A stretch of 64,000 bases of DNA from Candidatus Omnitrophota bacterium (GTDB lineage Bacteria; Omnitrophota; Gorgyraeia; 2-01-FULL-45-10): the NCBI GenBank assembly GCA_041663425.1, contig JBAYMS010000001.1, positions 8,884 to 72,883 of the forward strand, given 5' to 3'. The translations under genes and the position numbers were made by a program. Of this stretch, positions 56,724 through 64,000 are shown in pieces; positions within the stretch are counted from its first letter, which is position 1; each line of letters begins with the position of its first letter. The notes beneath the pieces are model-generated. The model was not told the DNA's origin, did no database searches, and worked only from the letters and a program-made list of their open reading frames with translations.

Positions 56724-58024
56724 AAGATTTGAAGAAATTCTGGTGGCTCGTAGGTATATTCATAGTGATGTACTTTCTGCCGCTGGGTAACCCCAAGGTA
56801 TCGAACGCCATCTTTGAGGCGTTTAAGCTTCTTCAATGGTATGTCATTAACCATACACTAGCCTGTGTTGTTCCAGCCATGTTCATAGCAGGGGCTATAT
56901 CGACGTTTTTGTCGCAGGCCTCAGTAATGAGATATCTCGGACCGGATGCGAATCGACCACTAGCTTATACGGTAGCGTCTGTCTCAGGGATTATCCTCGC
57001 GGTATGCTCATGCAGTGTGCTTCCGATGTTTGCGGGTATTTATACTATGGGAGCAGGTCTTGGGCCCGCAAGCGCTTTTCTTTATTCAGGCCCGGCGATA
57101 AATGTTATGGCTGTATTTCTTTCTGCGCGCGTTCTAGGGTTTGATATAGGACTGGCCAGGGCTATTGGTGCGATCGGTTTTGCCTTTATCATAGGTCTTT
57201 CTATGGCATTTATATTTAGGAAGTCGGAGCACGTGCGTAATAAAGCCGCTATGGCTCTGCCGCCAGCCCCGAAACCTACCAGACAACTCTGGAAGACAGG
57301 TCTTTACTTCTTCTGTATGATAATGTTCCTTGTCTTTAGCGATTGGTATAACACTAACGACGTCACTCTTAATTTGAAAACCGGCACTACAATGAAAGCA
57401 AGCATACAATACTCAACACAGGATTTCATCGAAGTAAAAGAATATAAGGCCGACGGGATGATAGCTATAGATGCTGTGCGCCTTGACCGTAAAGATATTG
57501 CTAAAATAACCCCGGAAGATAATTTCGTAATGAGGGTACACGCTATTAAGTGGTACCTTGCCGGTCTTATGTTGTTAGCTATCCTGATCATGCTAAAAAA
57601 ATGGTTTACTCGTGCTGAGATAAAAGAGTGGATGACTGCAACCTGGGATTTTGGGATGATGATCGTTCCTCTTCTTTTTGGAGGCGTATTTGTAACAGGA
57701 TTTATCGGCGGAATTATGCCGGAGAAGGCAGTGGCTACTTTTGTGGGAGGCAACGGATTCTTCTCAAACCTTGTTGCGTCTGTCATAGGCTCACTCTGGT
57801 ATTTTGCGACGCTAACCGAGATACCGATCACCGAAATGCTGATGCGTCTGGGGATGGGCAAAGGACCTGCGCTTGCGCTTCTTCTGGCTGGCCCGGCATT
57901 GTCGCTCCCGAGCATTTTAGTCATTAACAAAATATTAAAGTGGCGGAAAACACTTATATTCTGTTTGCTTGTAGTTGGATTTTCTACTATCGTGGGATAT
58001 ATCTTTGGAATGATAGCACATTAA
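56720..58024 (+). CDS. Two-domain permease (COG0701/DUF318), ArsP-like organoarsenical efflux permease candidate
   Basis: It has the membrane CSCS motif (AVCSCSVLPMF), like ArsP TPFcSCS. It sits in a cluster with arsM and thioredoxin-like genes. Confidence 0.5.
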   Translation: MKDLKKFWWLVGIFIVMYFLPLGNPKVSNAIFEAFKLLQWYVINHTLACVVPAMFIAGAISTFLSQASVMRYLGPDANRPLAYTVASVSGIILAVCSCSVLPMFAGIYTMGAGLGPASAFLYSGPAINVMAVFLSARVLGFDIGLARAIGAIGFAFIIGLSMAFIFRKSEHVRNKAAMALPPAPKPTRQLWKTGLYFFCMIMFLVFSDWYNTNDVTLNLKTGTTMKASIQYSTQDFIEVKEYKADGMIAIDAVRLDRKDIAKITPEDNFVMRVHAIKWYLAGLMLLAILIMLKKWFTRAEIKEWMTATWDFGMMIVPLLFGGVFVTGFIGGIMPEKAVATFVGGNGFFSNLVASVIGSLWYFATLTEIPITEMLMRLGMGKGPALALLLAGPALSLPSILVINKILKWRKTLIFCLLVVGFSTIVGYIFGMIAH

Positions 58025-58067
58025 ATATCAGTATCTGTATGTAATAATCTTTGCAAGTATCTACTAA

Positions 58068-58313
58068 ATGGAGGAGAGGATGAAAATTGAAATATTAGGA
58101 GTTGGTTGCCCGAAATGCAAACAGCTTACCGCCAATGCTGAAGCAGCGGTGCAAGAGTTAAATATTCAGGCCGAAATCGGTAAAGTCACCGATATTGTCA
58201 AAATTACAGAATATGGGATCATGATGACTCCGGCATTAGCGATCGATGGTACTGTTGTATCTGTGGGTAAGGTATTAAGTAAAGATGAGATCAAAAAGAT
58301 TATATCAAAATAA
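58068..58313 (+). CDS. Small thioredoxin-fold protein (redox-active disulfide protein 2 type)
   Basis: It is 81 aa and reads MKIEILGVGCPKCKQL, with a CPKC active site. Confidence 0.7.
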   Translation: MEERMKIEILGVGCPKCKQLTANAEAAVQELNIQAEIGKVTDIVKITEYGIMMTPALAIDGTVVSVGKVLSKDEIKKIISK

Positions 58314-58329
58314 ATACAGGGGAGGGTAA

Positions 58330-58767
58330 GTGAAAAAAATATTTCCAGTTCTTCTGGCGGTTGCCGTGCTAATTAGTAGCGGCCTAATTATTTCTTTGCC
58401 GGCCCAAGCAGAAGATAATGCCAAAAGCGCGCAAGTTGTTGCTTATTATTTTCACGGAGATATGCGTTGTCCCACTTGCCATAAGCTGGAGCAATATTCT
58501 AAAGAAGCGGTGGAGACTAACTTTAAGGATGCGGTTGCATCCGGAAAATTAGACTTTAAAGTTATCAATGTAGAAGATAAAGGCAACGAACACTATGCTA
58601 GCGATTACCAGCTTTACACCAAATCGCTTATTTTGTCTTTAGTTAAAGACGGTAAGGAAATAAAATGGAAGAATATGGATAAGATATGGGAGTATGTACA
58701 TAATAAAGAGAAATTTATTGATTATGTAAAGAGCGGGGTTGCCGATTTATTAAAGGAAACCAAATGA
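58330..58767 (+). CDS. Secreted thioredoxin-like CxxC protein
   Basis: It has a signal peptide, then VVAYYFHGDMRCPTCHKLE. Confidence 0.45.
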   Translation: MKKIFPVLLAVAVLISSGLIISLPAQAEDNAKSAQVVAYYFHGDMRCPTCHKLEQYSKEAVETNFKDAVASGKLDFKVINVEDKGNEHYASDYQLYTKSLILSLVKDGKEIKWKNMDKIWEYVHNKEKFIDYVKSGVADLLKETK

Positions 58768-59444
58768 CAGAGATGCTTATAGCTTTTGCGTCAGCATTAT
58801 GGCTAGGTATATTAACTTCAATAAGCCCGTGCCCTTTGGCTAGCAATGTAGCCGCTATTTCTTTTTTATCTAAAAAGATAACACATCCAGCGCTTGTGTT
58901 TATTTCAGGCCTTGCCTACATGTTTGGTAGAATGGTATCTTATGCGATCTTGGGATGGATTATTATTAGTTCCCTTATAAGTGTCCCTCAAGTCGCCCAG
59001 TTCTTACAGAAATACATGGGGAAGGCTTTGGGGCTCATTCTGATTCTTGTCGGCCTCGTCCTGCTTGAGGTGCTAACGCTTCGTTTGCCCGGGTTGTCGT
59101 TGTCGCAAAAACATCACAAAAGAATAGCAGAGTCCGGCGCTCCGGGGGCCTTTTTGCTTGGCTTTATCTTTGCCCTTTCTTTTTGTCCTATTTCCGCCGC
59201 ATTATTTTTCGGAAGCCTTATACCTCTTGCGGTAGATAGTAAAATAGGCCTGGCCCTGCCATTTGTATATGGAATAGGAACAGGCCTTCCTGTATTTATT
59301 TTTGCTCTGGGTATTGCGCTGGGGGTTGCATCCTTAAGTCATTGGTTTAAGAAGCTGATAGCGATCGAAATATATGCCAGGAAAATCACAGGGGTGGTTT
59401 TTATTGCTGTGGGGTTGTATTATATTTTAAGATACATAGTATAA
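58764..59444 (+). CDS. CcdA/DsbD-type transmembrane electron transporter
   Basis: It has six TM helices with LGILTSISPCPLAS and a second conserved Cys region. Confidence 0.6.
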   Translation: MTEMLIAFASALWLGILTSISPCPLASNVAAISFLSKKITHPALVFISGLAYMFGRMVSYAILGWIIISSLISVPQVAQFLQKYMGKALGLILILVGLVLLEVLTLRLPGLSLSQKHHKRIAESGAPGAFLLGFIFALSFCPISAALFFGSLIPLAVDSKIGLALPFVYGIGTGLPVFIFALGIALGVASLSHWFKKLIAIEIYARKITGVVFIAVGLYYILRYIV

Positions 59445-59451
59445 AGATAAT

Positions 59452-60282
59452 GTGAGGACATACATGAAAAATATAAAAAGCAAGGTTAGAGAAGGATACG
59501 CGAAGATCGCCAAAACAAACGGTTCATGCTGCGGCGGAAGCCCATGCTGTTCCGGGGCAAATCCGGCCGAGACTATAAGCAAGAATGTAGGATATAAAGA
59601 CGAGGATATGAAAAATGTGCCTGAAGGTGCAAACCTGGGGCTTGGCTGCGGTAACCCAATCGCTCTGGCATCTTTAAAGGCCGGTGAAGCCGTACTTGAC
59701 TTAGGGTCCGGTGCAGGCTTTGACGCGTTTCTGGCAGCTAAAAAAGTCGGAAAAGATGGCCGGGTGATAGGAGTAGACATGACGCCCGAGATGGTCGAGA
59801 AAGCGCGCGGCAATGCAGATAAGGGCGGATATAAAAATGTAGAGTTCCGCTTAGGAGAGATCGAAAGCCTGCCCGTCGCAGACGCCTGCGTCGATGTCAT
59901 AATATCGAACTGTGTTATTAATCTCTCGCCCGATAAGCAAAAAGTATTTCAGGAGGCTATGAGGGTTTTAAAGAATGGCGGAAGGCTTATGGTTTCTGAT
60001 CTGGTGCTTCGCAAAGAGCTGCCCGGGGTAATAAAAAAGTCGGTCGAAGCTTATGTAGGCTGCATTTCAGGAGCCGTTCTGAAAAAAGAGTATCTGGAAT
60101 ATATAAAAAATGCCGGTTTTGAAAATATTGACGTGGTTGGTGAGACATCATTTCCTATGGACGATATGGCTCACGATATAACCGCAAAAGCGATCAAAGA
60201 TAACATCGACTTAACTCCGGACGATATTAAAGCACTGGAAGGGTCAGTGGTCAGCATAAAAGTATCCGCTATAAAAAAATAA
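59452..60282 (+). CDS. arsM: Arsenite S-adenosylmethionine methyltransferase
   Basis: It has the SAM-binding motif VLDLGSGAGFD. The conserved Cys regions CCGG (N-terminal), SNCVINLS and GCISGA match ArsM catalytic cysteines. Confidence 0.7.
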   Translation: MRTYMKNIKSKVREGYAKIAKTNGSCCGGSPCCSGANPAETISKNVGYKDEDMKNVPEGANLGLGCGNPIALASLKAGEAVLDLGSGAGFDAFLAAKKVGKDGRVIGVDMTPEMVEKARGNADKGGYKNVEFRLGEIESLPVADACVDVIISNCVINLSPDKQKVFQEAMRVLKNGGRLMVSDLVLRKELPGVIKKSVEAYVGCISGAVLKKEYLEYIKNAGFENIDVVGETSFPMDDMAHDITAKAIKDNIDLTPDDIKALEGSVVSIKVSAIKK

Positions 60283-60283
60283 T

Positions 60284-61870
60284 ATGCATGAAAATAACAA
60301 TAAAATTTTAAACCCTGTTTTTTTAACGCTTATTTTATGTGTAGCTGGGTTTATTATTTATTCCAATACTCTTGCCGGCTCTTTTCAGCTCGACGATCAT
60401 ATAGTCATTATTGATAATACCGCAGTAAAAAATATATCAAACCCAGGCGGTATCTGGAAGTATTGGCCCACGCGCTTTATTACGAATTTTTCATTTGCTG
60501 TAAATTATCAGATGGGGAAGCTTAACGTGTTATATTACCATCTGTTCAATCTTCTTATTCATATAGGTTCTGCGATATTGGTGTGGCGGCTTATGCTGCT
60601 TACTCTTATATCTCCCGGCATGAAGGGGCAGGGAATCACAAATTATAGAGAGGAAATAGCATTCTTCGCAGGATTAGTATTTTTAACTCATCCTATTCAG
60701 ACTCAGGCGGTAAGCTACATAGTCCAGAGAGCCACTTCAATGTCAGGGTTTTTTTGTATCCTGTCTATGTATCTTTACGCCAGGGCGGCATTGTTAGATG
60801 GAAAGTTTTACTTTGGAGCATTGCTGGCAGGAATAATAGCTATGTTTACAAAAGAGAGTGCCGTGATCCTGCCATTTACCATAATGCTCTACGATTTCTT
60901 TTTTATTACTGAATCCCAGTCCTCCAGATGGAAGCGGATCGCGCCTTTTCTTTTTACGCTATTTATAATTCCTGCGACCATGTTTTTTACCAGATCAATC
61001 GATTTTGCGAATATGTGCAGGGTCCAGGAGGGCTCGCCCGGCATTGCACCCGCAAACTATTTAATGACGCAATTCGGAGTTATTGTAGAATATATGAAGC
61101 TTCTGATCGTGCCCGTGAGCCAAAACGTAGACCACGATTATCGCGTTGCTTTATCTTTTACACAGCCGCAGGTTTTTATGCCCATGACTGCCCTTATATT
61201 TGTTCTTATTATAGGAGTTAAAACATTTTCGAAATACAAGCTGATCTCATTCGGGATCTTCTGGTTTTTTATTACTCTTTTACCGGAATCGAGCGTTATT
61301 CCGATAGCCGACGTTATGTTTGAACACAGGCTGTATCTGCCGATGTTAGGATATAGCGTTTTTCTGGCAGGGTTAATATATTACGCCTTAGAACGCACTG
61401 GAATAAAGACTGTGAAGACAGTCATGATGTGTTTAGTAATCATTTATTGTGCGATGACTTATAGCAGGAACTTTGTCTGGCAGAGCGAGGTCAGTCTGTG
61501 GGATGACGCAGTGAGAAAATCCCCCGCTAAAAGCCGGGTTTATAATAACCGCGGCTATGCTTATCTCGAAAAGGATAGGTTTGACCTTGCCATAAAAGAT
61601 TTCGATAAAGCGATTGCCCTTGAGCCAGATATTGAAGCAGGATATTATTACAACCGCGGCAATGTCTATAATTACACAGATAAGCCCGACGCTGCGATCG
61701 CCGATTATAGCAAGGCTATTGAGATGAATCCTTATTATGGCTTTGCATATATCGGAAGAGCATTTGCTTATTTTAAAAAGAAGGACTTCGATAAAAGTAA
61801 GGCAGATGTAGCCCGGGCAAAATCTCTTGGCTATGAAACAGATGCGATAAGCGCCGCTTTAGGACAATAA
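60284..61870 (+). CDS. TMTC-like polytopic GT-C-fold protein with a C-terminal TPR domain (paralog of 50655-52148)
   Basis: Its N-terminal TM core is homologous to the first paralog, and its C-terminus has TPRs (NNRGYAYLEKDRFDLAIKDF..., YYNRGNVYNYTDKPDAAIADY). Confidence 0.55.
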   Translation: MHENNNKILNPVFLTLILCVAGFIIYSNTLAGSFQLDDHIVIIDNTAVKNISNPGGIWKYWPTRFITNFSFAVNYQMGKLNVLYYHLFNLLIHIGSAILVWRLMLLTLISPGMKGQGITNYREEIAFFAGLVFLTHPIQTQAVSYIVQRATSMSGFFCILSMYLYARAALLDGKFYFGALLAGIIAMFTKESAVILPFTIMLYDFFFITESQSSRWKRIAPFLFTLFIIPATMFFTRSIDFANMCRVQEGSPGIAPANYLMTQFGVIVEYMKLLIVPVSQNVDHDYRVALSFTQPQVFMPMTALIFVLIIGVKTFSKYKLISFGIFWFFITLLPESSVIPIADVMFEHRLYLPMLGYSVFLAGLIYYALERTGIKTVKTVMMCLVIIYCAMTYSRNFVWQSEVSLWDDAVRKSPAKSRVYNNRGYAYLEKDRFDLAIKDFDKAIALEPDIEAGYYYNRGNVYNYTDKPDAAIADYSKAIEMNPYYGFAYIGRAFAYFKKKDFDKSKADVARAKSLGYETDAISAALGQ

Positions 61871-61871
61871 T

Positions 61872-63233
61872 TTATTTTGGCAGGAAAGTTTTTACCTTGC
61901 TGAGCAGCTTCTCAGGAGCATATGGCTTCTGGATAAAGTCATCCGCGCCCATGTCGCGCACCTTCTTCTCAAGATCGTCTTCGACATTGCCGGTGGAAAT
62001 GATCACCGGAATATTGCGCGTAGCATCAATCTGACGGAGATTTTTCAGCACAAAATAGTCATCTACCCCAGGCAGGCTTAGATCGAGAATGATGAGAGAC
62101 GGATTTTCTGTCTGAGCGCTTTTCAGCCCTCCCGCAGCGTCGTTGTTTACCAAGGCTTCGTAACCATTCGCTATAACCATATTTGCGAGCGCGGAAGCAA
62201 AATTTTTGTCATCTTCTATTATAAGTATCTTGTTATTATTTGTATGCACGTGTCTCTCCTTTTGCGCCAACGGCGCTAAAATAGTAAAGCAGTTTGGTTT
62301 TCTAGGTCCGCTGGTTGCCCATACTCTGCCGTTATGAAGCTCTATTATATCTTTTGCTATTGCCAACCCGAGGCCGTGGCCTTCCACGGAAGCATCGAGG
62401 CGTTCAAATTTATCAAATATCTTCTCCAGCATATTTTCAGCTATGGGAGTTCCTGTATTCAAGAATTCCATCCGCGCAAAGCCAGGTTCGGGCAGCATCC
62501 GGATAATGACTTTGCCTCCGGGGGGAGTATATTTTATAGAATTATTCAAGAGGTTGTTGATTGCGCGAACCATCTTTTCCCGGTCAGCGTGGACGGCAAG
62601 TTCTTTTTTAGAAGGCTCTATCAGCAACGTAATATTTTTTGAAACGGCTATGGCTTCAAGCTCGCGTTTCTGTTCGTCAACGATATCGCGCAGATCGAAT
62701 AAGCTTAAATTTAATTTAGCTATGCGTGCTTCATACTTGTATGTGTCGATCAGCTCCATGATTATGGAGTTCATCCTGTCCGTAACGCTGTCGCAGCTCA
62801 AAATGCATTCTTTTTGTTTTGCCGTAAGGTCTCCGTGGTAGCCCGCCCTTAACCCTGCTATATCGGCTTTAATTGCGGACAGGGGGCTTTTGAGGTCGTG
62901 AGCAAGAGACATAGCAAATTTTGATTTTAACTCATCCGCTTTTTTTGCCCTCGTCGCATAACTAAGGATTTTATTAATTATCTCCTCGAGAACTTTATAG
63001 CCGATGGTATAACCGAGAAGAATTATAACGCCGGCCAGGATGCAGATCCGTGTGAGGTCGGCGACAGATGTCTCAGCAGTGAAATTATTACTATAAATTA
63101 TATAAATCAGGGTAAGGATAGGGATGATGCTTATCAGGAGAAATGCAAGGTTAAGCTGCCTGTAAGGATTTTCATTTAGTTCCTGCAGTAATAGCCGGAG
63201 CTTGCTGTCTTTTTTCATGATACAAGGATACAT
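61872..63233 (-). CDS. Hybrid sensor histidine kinase with a C-terminal receiver domain
   Basis: It has an N-terminal TM, HisKA (FAMSLAHDLKSPLSAI), HATPase (N, G1, G2 boxes) and a REC domain (ILIIEDD...LDLSLPG). Confidence 0.8.
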   Translation of the reverse strand: MYPCIMKKDSKLRLLLQELNENPYRQLNLAFLLISIIPILTLIYIIYSNNFTAETSVADLTRICILAGVIILLGYTIGYKVLEEIINKILSYATRAKKADELKSKFAMSLAHDLKSPLSAIKADIAGLRAGYHGDLTAKQKECILSCDSVTDRMNSIIMELIDTYKYEARIAKLNLSLFDLRDIVDEQKRELEAIAVSKNITLLIEPSKKELAVHADREKMVRAINNLLNNSIKYTPPGGKVIIRMLPEPGFARMEFLNTGTPIAENMLEKIFDKFERLDASVEGHGLGLAIAKDIIELHNGRVWATSGPRKPNCFTILAPLAQKERHVHTNNNKILIIEDDKNFASALANMVIANGYEALVNNDAAGGLKSAQTENPSLIILDLSLPGVDDYFVLKNLRQIDATRNIPVIISTGNVEDDLEKKVRDMGADDFIQKPYAPEKLLSKVKTFLPK

Positions 63234-63361
63234 TCAGGTGTAGGAAAAGTCAAGGCATGGCGTAAAAGATTTTGAGTAACAGCAAAAATACCGCCTGAAA
63301 ATTATTGCTATAATTAATTTTAACGGCTATAATAAAACAAATACCAAAATAACGGGATGCT

Positions 63362-64000
63362 ATGGGATATAAAAGGCATAAAAAAGCATTTACGATAATC
63401 GAACTGTTAATAATTTTTTCGGTTATTGTAATCATCATCGGCATCTCTATACCGCGGTTTAAAGGGATGGCAGATTCAGCCGCCTATGCCAAAGCCAAAA
63501 AAGAGCTGGTCATGCTCTCATCGGCGGTAGAAAGTTTCTCTATCCATAATAATAAAGTGTATCCTGTAGCCTTAGCAAATCTTGTTGCTACCGTGCCTCT
63601 TATAGTTAAATCGTTACCGTTGGACCCATTTAAAAAAGATGCTGATTATGGGTATTATTTATCCCCAAACGGTAAATACTACATAATTTTCTCCGCTGGA
63701 TTTAACGGTGTTGCCACAATAGGCGGTATAGACGATACAGGCACACCTACCGGATCAGTAGGGGACGATGTCTATGTATCCAACGGCGGGTCTTCTACGG
63801 GCGGACTTACGTATAGCTGGAGCATGAATGAAGGTTCCGGAAAGACGGTAGGGGAAGGGCTTTATTCCGGGCAGATAGTAGGAAATGCGGCGTGGACGGA
63901 TGGCAAAGTAGGTGCAGCCCTGGATTTTGACGGCACCGGCAGCCATGTTTCTGTGCCAGACTCTTCCGTGCTCGACCTGACTACACAAGGAACTGTTGCA
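63362..64000 (+). CDS. Prepilin-type N-terminal methylation-motif protein (pseudopilin-like) with a C-terminal LamG/concanavalin-like region; cut off by the window end
   Basis: My own translation is MGYKRHKKAFTIIELLIIFSVIVIIIGISIPRF... It stays open to 64000 and is not in the ORF track. Confidence 0.6.
   Translation, partial: MGYKRHKKAFTIIELLIIFSVIVIIIGISIPRFKGMADSAAYAKAKKELVMLSSAVESFSIHNNKVYPVALANLVATVPLIVKSLPLDPFKKDADYGYYLSPNGKYYIIFSAGFNGVATIGGIDDTGTPTGSVGDDVYVSNGGSSTGGLTYSWSMNEGSGKTVGEGLYSGQIVGNAAWTDGKVGAALDFDGTGSHVSVPDSSVLDLTTQGTVA

Overview
This 64 kb window is a bacterial chromosomal origin-of-replication neighbourhood. The product calls below come from my recall of protein families and of the pyrR attenuator RNA consensus; nothing here has been checked by search. 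Coding density is high, and I found no rRNA genes and no CRISPR array.

On the minus strand sit thiE (partial), a PP-loop ATPase, an unusual HTH/PLD protein, rarA, pheT, pheS, rplT, rpmI, infC, thrS, tRNA-Leu, tRNA-Glu, gyrA, gyrB, a DUF721 protein, dnaN and dnaA. On the plus strand, diverging from dnaA, are rpmH, rnpA, yidD, yidC, parA and parB (with tandem parS sites). These are followed by ndk, yicC, gmk, rpoZ, coaC and coaB (as two genes), a DUF1559 prepilin-like gene, tRNA-Cys, tRNA-Val, glmS and rsmI. Next comes a complete pyrimidine operon, pyrR-pyrB-pyrC-[PHP/EndoQ-like]-pyrK-pyrD-pyrF-pyrE, with a PyrR-type attenuator upstream.

The standout is a roughly 5.5 kb island immediately 3' of tRNA-Asp. 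It holds a small PD-(D/E)xK-like ORF, a 956-aa single-chain fusion of an N-terminal PHP phosphoesterase with an SMC/Rad50-like ABC ATPase (an Mre11-Rad50/SbcCD-analogous, Ppl-like candidate anti-phage module), degraded gene fragments, and an IS3-family insertion sequence that lacks target-site duplications.

Downstream lies an envelope and accessory block: a flavin reductase, an inverse autotransporter with a beta-helix passenger, a response regulator with an Ntn-hydrolase and an outer-membrane protein, a TMEM175/DUF1211 channel-like protein, two TMTC-like GT-C/TPR paralogs, a BASS transporter and a large membrane protein. After that comes an arsenic methylation/efflux cluster (DUF134 regulator with a perfect 20-bp palindromic operator, an ArsP-like permease, thioredoxin-like proteins, CcdA and ArsM), then a hybrid histidine kinase and a truncated pseudopilin-like gene.

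A short leader motif (CACTTAG-hairpin-AATAAACTTGGAG) occurs three times. The abundance of DUF1559-type pilin-like proteins and TMTC-like proteins suggests a PVC-group or Omnitrophota-like lineage; this is inference only.
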